A stretch of DNA of 63,402 bases, counting the filler, from Bilabrum cf. latius (Eukaryota): the NCBI GenBank assembly GCA_965178125.1. It is 3 parts of 3 records of this genome, joined end to end, with 100 filler letters (N's around TTAATTAATTAA, not from the genome) between each part and the next. Parts side by side here need not be neighbours in the genome. Positions count along the whole stretch, not along the records: positions 23,759 to 47,123 come from CBCXTV010000044.1; 2 more parts are not named here. One strand, written 5' to 3'. The notes beneath the pieces were generated by a model. It made no database searches and was not told the origin of the DNA. It saw only the letters and a list, made by a program, of their open reading frames with translations. Positions 24,139 to 34,353 of the stretch are shown here, one piece after another. The position numbers and the translations under genes were made by a program. Numbering within the stretch: position 1 is the first letter of the stretch; the number at the start of each line of letters is the position of its first letter.

Positions 24139-26391
24139 TACCTTGCGTCACTCCTCCTGCGCGCCAGAAATCACACGACTTTTCGGTGACCGAAACAGGG
24201 CCCAAAAAACCAAAGATTTGCCCCTTCATGCCCGAAGACACAGCGTCACCGCCAAGCTGCCATCGCGGAGAAAATAAACCAGGTGGTGATGGAAAGTTAC
24301 GTTACGGTGGAGCTCAGTGTCATTTGTGTGTTCAACAGTGTGTATGATGCCGCTTCGTCTGGATGTCCGAGTCCGGATTTCACCTGGGGTATGGCCTATT
24401 GTGTGGTCACGTTCGCGTAGCTTTCACGTGTCAACAACGCGGAGGCTGCGAAAAGAACCATGCTCACGAACCATGCTCCACCGTAGCTTGATCACAACGC
24501 GGAGGCTGCGAAAAGAACCATGCTCCACCATAGCTTTCCAACAACGCGGAGGCTGCGAACGAACCGTGCACCACTGACCACCGTACAGCCCAAAAAGTAC
24601 AAGTTTTCTTGAACCCCAGGAGCAACATACGCGGGATACTGTCGACCGCCCGTTCGCTCAGGTCACACGCGACAGCAAGCCGAACGCTCAGGTCGCACGC
24701 TCAGGCCACACGCGGAAGCAGCGCCACGCAAGAGGCCAGGTTGAGAGGGAAAACCGTCACGCAAGCTCAACGCGGAGACCAAGAATCGTCATCGCTCCAA
24801 GCCTCGCGTCCAGACAGACGAACAAGCCCGCGCCATGCCTCATCGTAAAGATCCCTCTCGAAAACCCTGTGCTGCTTCATCGTTCCCAATGTCAGAATTT
24901 TCTCCGCAGTACAACGCTGCCCCTTCCGCTCCCCGGTCTCTACAATGAGATCCAACTGCATGCGAAGTGTTCCCGAGATCTTCTTCTTGTTCGCCGCGTT
25001 CATGATCGACGTCTTCGGCGCCGCGTCCCGCGCCTTCTCGCGACAAGCACGACAAGTAATCGCACCCCTGCCGCACGGAGAATCATCGGCATAAAGCGTA
25101 CGCTGCACGCGACGCACGAGACGATCACGCATACGATGATTCAGGTCCGCCATGACACGATTGCAGCCGCAGGAAGAGCATACAAACTCCGCGAGGTCGA
25201 AAGCCTTAGAGTCCGACCAAACGACGCACTGTGTGTCCTGAGGTGCCTCACTGCCGAGCGCTGTTACCTTGCGTCACTCCTCCTGCGCGCCAGAAATCAC
25301 ACGACTTTTCGGTGACCGAAACAGGGCCCAAAAAACCAAAGATTTGCCCCTTCATGCCCGAAGACACAGCGTCACCGCCAAGCTGCCATCGCGGAGAAAA
25401 TAAACCAGGTGGTGATGGAAAGTTACGTTACGGTGGAGCTCAGTGTCATTTGTGTGTTCAACAGTGTGTATGATGCCGCTTCGTCTGGATGTCCGAGTCC
25501 GGATTTCACCTGGGGTATGGCCTATTGTGTGGTCACGTTCGCGTAGCTTTCACGTGTCAACAACGCGGAGGCTGCGAAAAGAACCATGCTCACGAACCAT
25601 GCTCCACCGTAGCTTGATCACAACGCGGAGGCTGCGAAAAGAACCATGCTCCACCATAGCTTTCCAACAACGCGGAGGCTGCGAACGAACCGTGCACCAC
25701 TGACCACCGTACAGCCCAAAAAGTACAAGTTTCTTGAACCCCAGGAGCAACATACGCGGGATACTGTCGAGCGCCCGTTCGCTCAGGTCACACGCGACAG
25801 CAAGCCGAACGCTCAGGTCGCACGCTCAGCCCACACGCGGAAGCAGCGCCACGCAAGAGGCCAGGTTGAGAGGGAAAACCGTCACGCAAGCTCAACGCGG
25901 AGACCACGAGTCGTCATCGCTCCAAGCCTCGCGTCCAGACAGACGAACAAGCCCGCGCCATGCCTCATCGTAAAGATCCCTCTCGAAAACCCTGTGCTGC
26001 TTCATCGTTCCCAATGTCAGAATTTTCTCCGCAGTACAACGCTGCCCCTTCCGCTCCCCGGTCTCTACAATGAGATCCAACTGCATGCGAAGTGTTCCCG
26101 AGATCTTCTTCTTGTTCGCCGCGTTCATAATCGACGTCTTCGGCGCCGCGTCGCGCGCCTTCTCGCGACAAGCACGACAAGAAATCGCACCCCTGCCGCA
26201 CGGAGAATCATCGGCATAAAGCGTGCGCTGCACGCGACGTACGAGACGATCACGCATACGATGATTCAGGTCCGCCATGACACGATTGCAGCCGCAGGAA
26301 GAGCATACAAACTCCGCGAGGTCGAAAGCCTTAGAGTCCGACCAAACGACGCACTGTGTGTCCTGGGGTGCCTCACTGCCGAGCGCTGTTA
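24139..26391. repeat. Tandem duplication with a ~1126-bp unit
   Basis: 24139-25266 is nearly identical to 25265-26391. The first copy contains a 5'-truncated version of the CxxC ORF. Each copy has three internal repeats of ACAACGCGGAGGCTGCGAA. Confidence 0.95.
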
Positions 26392-26581
26392 TGAGCACCG
26401 CCGGATGGGCCGGCGACTTAGGAAGAAGTCGCGAACCGGGAGGAAACACGCGAGGCCGCTTGAAACCGACATCTCCGGCAAGAGGCGCAAGCATCTCCAC
26501 CTCGCCCTCCGGGGCGTGCTCGGAGGTCGACGCGGCAACCACGGCCACATACGGTGCATCGGCGATACCGACGTAGGCCAT
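25892..26581 (-). CDS. Hypothetical CxxC...CxxC protein (~229 aa)
   Basis: Intronless ORF downstream of and co-oriented with Rep, with CSSC and CRAC motifs. The reading frame is conserved in the duplicate (24767..25153). Confidence 0.55.
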   Translation of the reverse strand: MAYVGIADAPYVAVVAASTSEHAPEGEVEMLAPLAGDVGFKRPRVFPPGSRLLPKSPAHPAVLITALGSEAPQDTQCVVWSDSKAFDLAEFVCSSCGCNRVMADLNHRMRDRLVRRVQRTLYADDSPCGRGAISCRACREKARDAAPKTSIMNAANKKKISGTLRMQLDLIVETGERKGQRCTAEKILTLGTMKQHRVFERDLYDEAWRGLVRLSGREAWSDDDSWSPR

Positions 26582-26985
26582 CAAGCAACGCACCCACCTT
26601 CGGCCCGCGAGCGTACACGGCGCGCCTACCGGAAGCAGAGGCTTCTGAGACCAAGAAATGTCTCGTCGGCGCGCGACGCGGCGACGTAAAAGCAAACGAC
26701 CCGCCGGGTCCCAACCGCGGCACTGCGGAGACACACACACACTTGCAACCCATCAGGCTGGGTGCCACGTGTGTGTGTGTCAGGCAAGCTCCCAATACTA
26801 GGCAAGCACTCCCCCGGACGAACGCGACGGACCACATGAAACTTGCGGAATGCCCCCATGTAGAAACCACATCCTTTTTGCACACGAAACGCATTGAGGA
26901 CATTAGACCTTCAGGAGCACCGAAGCGGCTGCCGCTGCGGCTCCGGCGCTCGTGTGAACCGGACTGAAAACCTCAGCGGCCGGCG

Positions 26986-29271
26986 TCAGCTCTTCTGCAC
27001 ATCCGTGAGAGACAACAAGTCCTCGTCGAAGTAGAGCCGATCTTTCACCTCCACTTTCGTACAGTTGTTGTCAAGCCACTCGCGGTCCACCGACTCCGTC
27101 ACGTCAGAGCCCCACGAATTCGTGCAGATGATCAGGGCGATACCGTGGAGCCACACAGAGTATGCGAGGCTGTTCGTCTTGCTCTGGCCGAGCAGGGAGG
27201 GGTCAAGGCCAGCCTGAAAGACCTGTTTGTTGTTGACGACCCACAGGGCATTTGCCTCGTCGAACACAATGGCCACATGCCGACTTCGATCGAAGCCACG
27301 GAGCGGAGGTTCCACACTGCCCTGACAGTTCACAACAAGAGTCCTTTCGCTCCCGAAGAGATTCCGCGCGTACACTGTCTTCCCGAACCGGGAGTCCCCC
27401 ACCAAGACAAGGAACTTGAAGCGCATGTGCGCGAACCACTCCTGACGATAGCTCTCGCGCCACTTCTCGACTTCGGGCACCACCTTAAAGGGGCGGAGCT
27501 TCGTCACTACGTGCACCGCGGCCTGCGCGCACACCTCTCTCCTCTCCGCGGCATTCTGTATGTGGAAGTCGATGGCGCGCACTAAGTTCTCGGCGTCCCG
27601 ACACCGATACGCCACGAGTTCCCTTCTCGCGACGTCCGGATCCATTTTGAAGCGTGCGAACAACGCGTGCACGAACTTACCATTGACGACGAAATCGCGT
27701 CCGGCTCGGTAGTTCGTGGCGCAAAGCAGCGCACCGACTTTGGGAGCTTGACAATAATAGTGTAACTCCGACGCGCCACGTTCCTGCGCTTTCGCTGACC
27801 GCCCGGAGCCGTACACGACATTCGGCCTGCTGCCGGCCCACATGAAATCCTCCGCCACGCGACAACGATGCGACTTCTCGGAATCCGTCATGCATACGTG
27901 GAAGTGCACCAAGTTTGCGGCGTGCTTGCGGTGCAGGGAGAGCTCCATTTTCATGGACAGCTGAGGCCACATCATCCGCCGCGCGATGTCCTGCGCCCAT
28001 GCCTTGAAGGTGGCCCAAAGCTCCACATAGAACGGAGACGCGAGAACCAATCGCCTCAGGACGCCCCTTGCCACGGATGCCGACATGATGTCGCGCACAG
28101 GCTCCTTTTCGACACCCCAGCGACCGTGAAAGGTAAGCATCACGGCCCTTCCCCGCCTCGTGTTCTTGTCGGACGCAGGCACAATCTCGCCCACGGGCAC
28201 TGAATGCGATCCCGGATTCCTCACAACTTCGTCCCGCTGCCGCGCAAGCTCCGGGAAGAGCTCCTCGAAACGAAGCTGGCAAGGAGTGTCCTCCGCCCCC
28301 GCAGCCCAGTCTTTCAAGATGCACATGCGGTCACCGGGTACATTGCGAAGCGCCTCCCTGATGAGGCACCGCTTCCGCTGGTGTGACACCGACGCCGGAA
28401 ACGCCAACTTGAAATCGTCAGGGAAAACCCGCAGGAGACGATAGATGACACTATCAATAGGACGAGTCGAAGGCCTTCCAGTCGAGCGCTGCGGCCCAGA
28501 CGCTCCGGCCGCGGCACGAGCCGCGGGCGGAGGTCCGAGATGAGCCGCAAGACTCGATGCTGCATCGCCCTCAGCAGGGTCGCACTTCTGCCGAAGACGC
28601 CGCCTCTTCACGGGGGGCACGAAATCGGGAAGCATGAGCATCTGCGGTCGCCCCCTCGCATCGGGCGCAGAATCCTCGATGGGCAGAACCCCACGGTAAC
28701 CTTGACTACTCCGCAGAAGCTGCACCGGCAAAAGTACTTCCTCTGACGGGGGTTCCAAATTGATGACACCCGCGGCGAGCGCTTCGGAGGCAGCAACGCG
28801 GCCAGGAATGTCGCCCTCAACGCTGAGGCCCTCATAAAGGACTCGTTCACCCACTACGCCGATCTGCCACTGACCGCTCGACTTGCCGTGGGACAACAAG
28901 CAGGCTCCCGGATCGCCCTCGCATTCTGCCTCGCATGCGACCTCGCATGAGGCCTCAATCATGTCGAGACTGGCGTCGAAGTCGTTCTCCGCATCGTCAA
29001 AGCCAAAACTCGGGACAGCGGCCGCGCGCGCTGCAGCCACCGAATTGGAGACACCGAGGCCACACGAGCACGTTGGGGACGCCTCGGACACCCCTAACAA
29101 AGCAGAGGTCGCCGTCGTGGACGCTTCTGACTCCTGGCTTGTTGGGAGGCCATCGCACGGCACGCAGCTCGCGGAAACCCACGCGGGATCCCAGGAGCAG
29201 GATGCGACTCGGGACTTCAGCGACTCGGCAACAGACAAACTCATCGTTTCGCCCTTGAACGGAGCCGACAT
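26986..29271 (-). CDS. rep: CRESS-DNA-virus-like replication initiator (HUH endonuclease + SF3 helicase) with a long N-terminal extension
   Basis: RCR motif I VMLTF, motif II VHFHV, motif III YYCQAPK. Walker A GDSRFGKT, Walker B IVFDE, motif C IICTN. Intact 761-aa intronless ORF; the Rep core is about 28150-26986. Confidence 0.9.
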   Translation of the reverse strand: MSAPFKGETMSLSVAESLKSRVASCSWDPAWVSASCVPCDGLPTSQESEASTTATSALLGVSEASPTCSCGLGVSNSVAAARAAAVPSFGFDDAENDFDASLDMIEASCEVACEAECEGDPGACLLSHGKSSGQWQIGVVGERVLYEGLSVEGDIPGRVAASEALAAGVINLEPPSEEVLLPVQLLRSSQGYRGVLPIEDSAPDARGRPQMLMLPDFVPPVKRRRLRQKCDPAEGDAASSLAAHLGPPPAARAAAGASGPQRSTGRPSTRPIDSVIYRLLRVFPDDFKLAFPASVSHQRKRCLIREALRNVPGDRMCILKDWAAGAEDTPCQLRFEELFPELARQRDEVVRNPGSHSVPVGEIVPASDKNTRRGRAVMLTFHGRWGVEKEPVRDIMSASVARGVLRRLVLASPFYVELWATFKAWAQDIARRMMWPQLSMKMELSLHRKHAANLVHFHVCMTDSEKSHRCRVAEDFMWAGSRPNVVYGSGRSAKAQERGASELHYYCQAPKVGALLCATNYRAGRDFVVNGKFVHALFARFKMDPDVARRELVAYRCRDAENLVRAIDFHIQNAAERREVCAQAAVHVVTKLRPFKVVPEVEKWRESYRQEWFAHMRFKFLVLVGDSRFGKTVYARNLFGSERTLVVNCQGSVEPPLRGFDRSRHVAIVFDEANALWVVNNKQVFQAGLDPSLLGQSKTNSLAYSVWLHGIALIICTNSWGSDVTESVDREWLDNNCTKVEVKDRLYFDEDLLSLTDVQKS

Positions 29272-29959
29272 TATTTGCGCAAATAATCCTTCGACGAATC
29301 GCGGAATGCCTCAAGATAGAACACTTGCCTCCGACACGCAATGCCCAGAATCCTTGCTGTTCGAAACACCGAAACTGCTGACACGGGACACACATGAGCA
29401 CCGAGGCAGCTGAGTCTGCAGCTCGTGCCGCCCTGGGCGAGGTAGTACCGCTTCCGAGGGAAGGATTCTCGAAGCCAACGAAGGAAAGCATGGCGTTGCA
29501 ATTAGCACGATCACAAACGCACTTCGGAGCCTGCCAGAGAGGATGACCGACCGACCGCCTTCTCGAACATAGAAACCGGCGAATACCACATGAGGCACGA
29601 CGTTCCAGGGCATCCGAACCTGCGACATACGCCAAAAAGGCCTCGCCGACAACCTGAAATGCACGCGAAATCGACAACCGAACGCCCAAAATCAGCCATC
29701 GGAACCCCCCCTCGAGGCAGCGCCTTCGGAGACATTTTCGGCCAGCGAAAAAAATGCGAAACACGACTGGAGGAGGCGAGGTAGTGCTCGGTAGTGCTCG
29801 TTTCGCGCGGTTTTTACATAAAAAAATGCCGTTTTTCTGGAAAAAAAAGCTCAAAAACCCCCAGTTTTTGACACGTAGTGCTCCGATTTTCCTGTAAAAT
29901 GCAGGATTTTTTCACGGTAGTGCTCCCCTTTTTTCCGCTTTCCCCGACGCCAGGGACCG

Positions 29960-30026
29960 ATGTAGTGCGATTTTCGGGGAAGGATTCTTAGTACCTTAGA
30001 GGGTACCCCCGAGGGTCGCACTACGT
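29960..30026. promoter_or_regulatory. Stem-loop upstream of rep, candidate rolling-circle origin
   Basis: The arms ATGTAGTGCGATTTTCGGGG and CCCCGAGGGTCGCACTACGT enclose TCTTAGTAC and an inner GTACC/GGTAC hairpin. GTAGTGC repeats precede it (29780-29925), and a conserved second copy lies at 45677-45742. Confidence 0.45.
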
Positions 30027-30446
30027 GGGTTTGGGGGGTCTCCTTTCCTCTTATTCTCGCGTGCACTTTTCTGCGACTGCCCCCCGGACCTTCCGCGCAT
30101 ATCTGCTCGCTCTGATTCTACGGGGGGGCGGGGGTAATCAAGGATTAATGCCAAATTTGTCTTCCTTTCGTGCCCCTCCCGTTTTTCAAAGTTGTGCATG
30201 TCGAGTCTGCCCCTCCCGTGCTCTTGACGACGGTGCTCGCGGACTGAGTGATTTCTGCCAGCACGTCCCGTGTATGCTGTCCGAGTGCGCGACTCCGCTG
30301 GGCAGCCGCATCCGCTGCTTTGTGCTGCTCGGGCTATCTGTGTCCGTCAAGACTGCGCTGTACTTGACGCTCTGCCCTCTTGCGATGGCTTCTGTGACGC
30401 GGGGTCTATCTGTAATCCTCGGTTCTCTGAACACGGGAAGCGCTTC

Positions 30447-30917
30447 TCACAAGGTCGACTTCGCCTGGCTCGTTGAGGAGTTGGCGGAGCTGCGTGCTGC
30501 GATCTCTTCTTTTTGCACCAACTGCAAGATCTTCCTGTCTAGCACGATTTGGGCGAGCTCGTCGTCTGTGAGTTTTTTGGCGTTCTTCATGGTGCGCCTT
30601 TTCTGCCGGATGGTTTTGCGGATGGCCTTCGTTTTAGCCCGCTGCTCGAGCTTGAGAGCCTTGCGCTCCTCGGTAAGGCGTGTGATCGCTGCCGTCCACT
30701 TGTCGACGAACAAGGGTGTGTCGCCAGGTTCGTCCGTCTTGGCGGTCTTCTCTAGCGCTTCCATGTGTCCGTCTTTCGGGCAGGGCTCCTCGAAGAACTG
30801 CTGCGCATGATCTGGTTTCTGTGATCCTGCCTCCGTCGCTTCGGGTGGCGCCGCTGCATCCGCATCTCTAGGGGAGTCGAGCCGCATTGCGTCCTCCGGT
30901 TCTGCGTCGCTCGCCAT
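30447..30917 (-). CDS. Small protein with an acidic N-terminus and a basic coiled coil (156 aa)
   Basis: ITRLTEERKALKLEQRAKTKAIRKTIRQKRRTMKNAKKLTDDELAQIVLDR. A degenerate copy of its 3' end is at ~44550-44700. Confidence 0.65.
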   Translation of the reverse strand: MASDAEPEDAMRLDSPRDADAAAPPEATEAGSQKPDHAQQFFEEPCPKDGHMEALEKTAKTDEPGDTPLFVDKWTAAITRLTEERKALKLEQRAKTKAIRKTIRQKRRTMKNAKKLTDDELAQIVLDRKILQLVQKEEIAARSSANSSTSQAKSTL

Positions 30918-31792
30918 GGGGTGTGCAGTGAGTTTGCTTCCTGAGCGGGCTGCTTTTCTGTGCGAAGCTTCTGGCAGTTGCTGTATTCCTGGGCCCAAAA
31001 AAAACTCAGCGAGAAGTGCTTTCACATGGAGGTGGTGCGGTAAGAAGTGCGCGGGTCCTTGTAGACTGAAGTGCTTCCTGCGCAGAATGGGAGAAGTTCC
31101 ACTGCGGGGTCTCTCAGACGCGTCTGCATGAGGAGGTGGGGGGTGCGTCATGGTTGCATGCGAGAAGGTGAGCTTCGAGGCGGCGCCTGGGAAAGCCTTT
31201 CTGGGTCGTCTGGATGCTGCGAAATTTGCGAAAAAGGGGTCCCAATTTTGGGCCCGTTTTCGGTGACAATTTCAAGCCTCCCGCATCGTGTTTTCCTCTT
31301 GTGTACCCCTTTTTGGGCTCAAAACTGGTCCCGGAAAGTGTGACCTCGAAACTGCGTCCTTCGCGGTCCTCCCTTTGGCTTCTGGGGCCTCAGGTGTTTC
31401 CCTTTTTTCTGTGGGCAGCACTCTTTTTTGCGGAAGGGCGTTCCAGATTTTTGTCTGACGATGCCGCTTTAAAAAAGGACTTCTGATGTGGTGCGTGCTG
31501 GGTCCTGTCATCTCCAGACTTCCTCCGAGGATGCACACATGAGCGGGAAGAGGACACACATTGGCAGAAGAACTTCTGGACTTGTGACTCTGAAGCGCTT
31601 TGCGACTTTGGCACTGCGTGCTGCCAGCGTTCATGCACCGAGAGCATGCGGATCTCCACGTGCTATGCGACTTCCGGAGAGAATGGGACCGATGGAACTA
31701 TGTGACCCTCCAACTCCGGCGCTCGGCGGCCTTCTGCTGTTGCCTGCGGAGCTTTGTCTCCTCGCAACGCGCTGTTCCGCGGCATTTCGTCG

Positions 31793-34353
31793 TCAGGGCT
31801 CGTGCTTTACGCCGGGTGCCGGGGTCAGGCGCGCTCTCTTCGAAGGCTGTGCCTCAGTCCTGTTGGTGGAGGGCGACCTGGAATAGGATGAGGACGATCT
31901 GGAGCAGGATCTCGTGTCCTTGAGGCTTACGCTCCTCGCGAGCTTCAACGAATTCCCGTGGAAGGTCCGCGGAAGGCTCACGTACTCCTCCTCGTCCACG
32001 TCATACGGCTCACTGCCCTGCTGCTGCCGCCACTGGTTGATCACAAGCTTGATGAACGTTTTGCCCCAGCTCCATTCGGAATGACTCTGTGCCTGCTCGG
32101 TGAGCCACTTGTTGTATGCGATGTTCACCGTTTTGATGCCCTGCACCGCGGTGTAGAGATGCCCCGCGTTGAAGCGGTAACCTCGGTCGTCGGCATCCTG
32201 AAGGTTGTACCGGAGCCGGGCGTCCGCATGGCCGATGTCGTCCGAGGGGATGTGCTCGAAGACCTTTTGGCACTGGCGGCTCACGAACGGGTCGACGATG
32301 CACTGCGTGCTTTCCGCGTACTTGATCATGTGCCACATGGCTTCCTCGGCAAACCATTTGGAATAACTCAAGAGGTTATAGGTCTTGTCCTTGGCCCTTG
32401 AGTAGTTGTTCGCAATGTCCCGCAGTGCGGGCGAGTCCAGCACGGCGCGCCTCGTCTGGCACAGCGGGCCGTTCTTGAGGAGCTGCTTCCTGTTGCTCTT
32501 GTGCGGAGCGTACAGAGTTCGGATGACGTCTGGGATCACGGTGTCCGTGGCAGTCCTGCCCTTAAACATGAAGTGGTTCCAGGCCACGGTCCAGCTCATG
32601 ATGGGATAGTGCACTTGCATCGGAGGTATGAGCGTGAGGAGGCCCACGGTTTTCGCCAAGGATGCTCCCCAAGTAATCCAATCATCACTCGGGTTCTTCT
32701 CGTCGTGCCTCCTTTTGGGGATCATTTTCGGGAGGAGGAACGTTGGCGTTATGATGCGCTCCCTGAACTGCTTCGTGAGGTGCTTCATCATGTCCACCCA
32801 GACCTGTCCCAGCGGTTTGGTTGTCATGCGGATCACGACGAGGCGCGAGCTGCTGTCCCCCTTTAGGATGTCTTCCAACTCGTTCTGCAGCGCCTGCTTT
32901 GCCTCAAGGATGTAGTACTGGATGCTGTTGTCCTTCCCGCCGTTCATCCACTCCTGCTGCTCCTCTTGGCATCTCCCCTCGAGGCAATGCGCCGCCAAGT
33001 CCCTGTCGTCGCAGAGGACAAGCGCGTGGGTTGAGGGTGGCCACTCCAGCCATGAGGGCAGCTCGGCCCCCGGCATCTCCGTGTGGAGTTTATCGATCCA
33101 CTTCTGCTTGACTTGGATCCATCGAGCGGTCTGCCATTTCAAGGGAGGCAGGGTGTTCATCTTGGGCCTCTTCATGGCTACCATGTCGAGCATTCTGTCG
33201 AGGGTGGGGATGCACATCATCGGCTGCACCACGTGGATGCGGATGTCTCCGTACCTCAGGAAGTACGAATACGACCCGCCGCGTTTGTCCTGGAGGAGGT
33301 GGACGAACGTGTTGGTTTCGCCGGCGTGCTCGTGAACACCGCACAAGTCTTCGTAGGAGATGGGCACGCGCTCTGTTTTTTCCCAGACGAGGACAACCCC
33401 CCAACTCAGGGCCGCGCACACGGACATCACGACGGACAATGTGTTTAATCGCTCGCCAAGAGTCCAGTCGTCACTCGGGTCGATCATTATGTACGGTTTC
33501 ATACTGTGCCCTGCATCCGCACTTCGTCGTCCCGAGCCCCCCCACTCCGTGTCCATGCTCTCGGGAGTCGATGCGAGGACCGGGCTGGCTGCCAGCACAG
33601 ATGTCATGCGGAGGCAATCTTCCCACTTCCATACCGGCCCTTGGAACGTGTCGAAGAGGCGGCGCCAGACGCAGCGTTCGAAGCTTCGGTTCGGGATCCG
33701 CATCTTCAGGAGCGCTTCCTCCCCTCCGGGCTGATGAGATACCACTTTAGGCCCATGCCGACGTGGTAGGGGACCACAAATGTGTTGTCTACCCAGTGCG
33801 CCGGATAGGTCCGCACGTCCAAGAGGCGCTCGCAATTGTGGATGGAGGTGGAGTTTTCGCGCTGGAGGTTGACCATTCTCGGTGCTTCTGACCCCGCTAA
33901 CATGGCCATCTGCGTCACCTTGGGGTTTTTCGCGATGGCGTGAAGAACTACGAGTAGCCGATCCACGCATGCTTCGCGAGGTTCGATATCATCTTCGACA
34001 ACCATGAGCCATTCCGTCGGCGTGTGGTTCTCAGCCCACAGCCATGCGTTTCGATGGGATTGGATCGCCCCAACAGTGGCCGGATTGTATTTGCTCCAGT
34101 CCGTTATCTTGCCGGAGAAGATATCCAAGAGGGCCTGGTCTTTGACGATGTCGCGTCCATCTGGGTCCCTGTCGGTCTGCGGAAACACTGGATTGGGGAG
34201 CCGAAGGACCGCTCCCATGTGCTCGTGGAGTTCTCGCGCCCCTTTTTTTTGTCGCCACTCCTCGAAGCGGGACTCTTCCCTGCAGATCAGCAGACATGTC
34301 ATCTTCCCGAGGTCCTGGCGATGGTGTCCGAATTGCGCCTGGAAGCCCGACAT
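31793..34353 (-). CDS. Glycosyltransferase fusion: GT25-like domain + fucosyltransferase(GT-B)-like domain; 1-nt frameshift at ~33714
   Basis: GT25-like GAIQSHRNAW...WLMVVEDD and GLKWYLISPEGRK(A)LL, followed by TLGERLNTL...GVVLVW...ISYEDL (cf. GLGNRL...W...F.DLF). The duplicate at ~39100 has the extra G (AAGGCGCTC) that restores the frame. Confidence 0.65.

Noticed and set aside
24430-24570. CRISPR-like short direct repeats (also 37470-38050 and 41499-41710)
   Set aside because: The intervening sequences are themselves repeated rather than unique spacers, there are no cas genes, and the context is eukaryotic.
26986-29271. Helitron RepHel
   Set aside because: The helicase is SF3 type (Walker A/B plus motif C), not Pif1/SF1, and motif III has the CRESS-like YCxxxK form.
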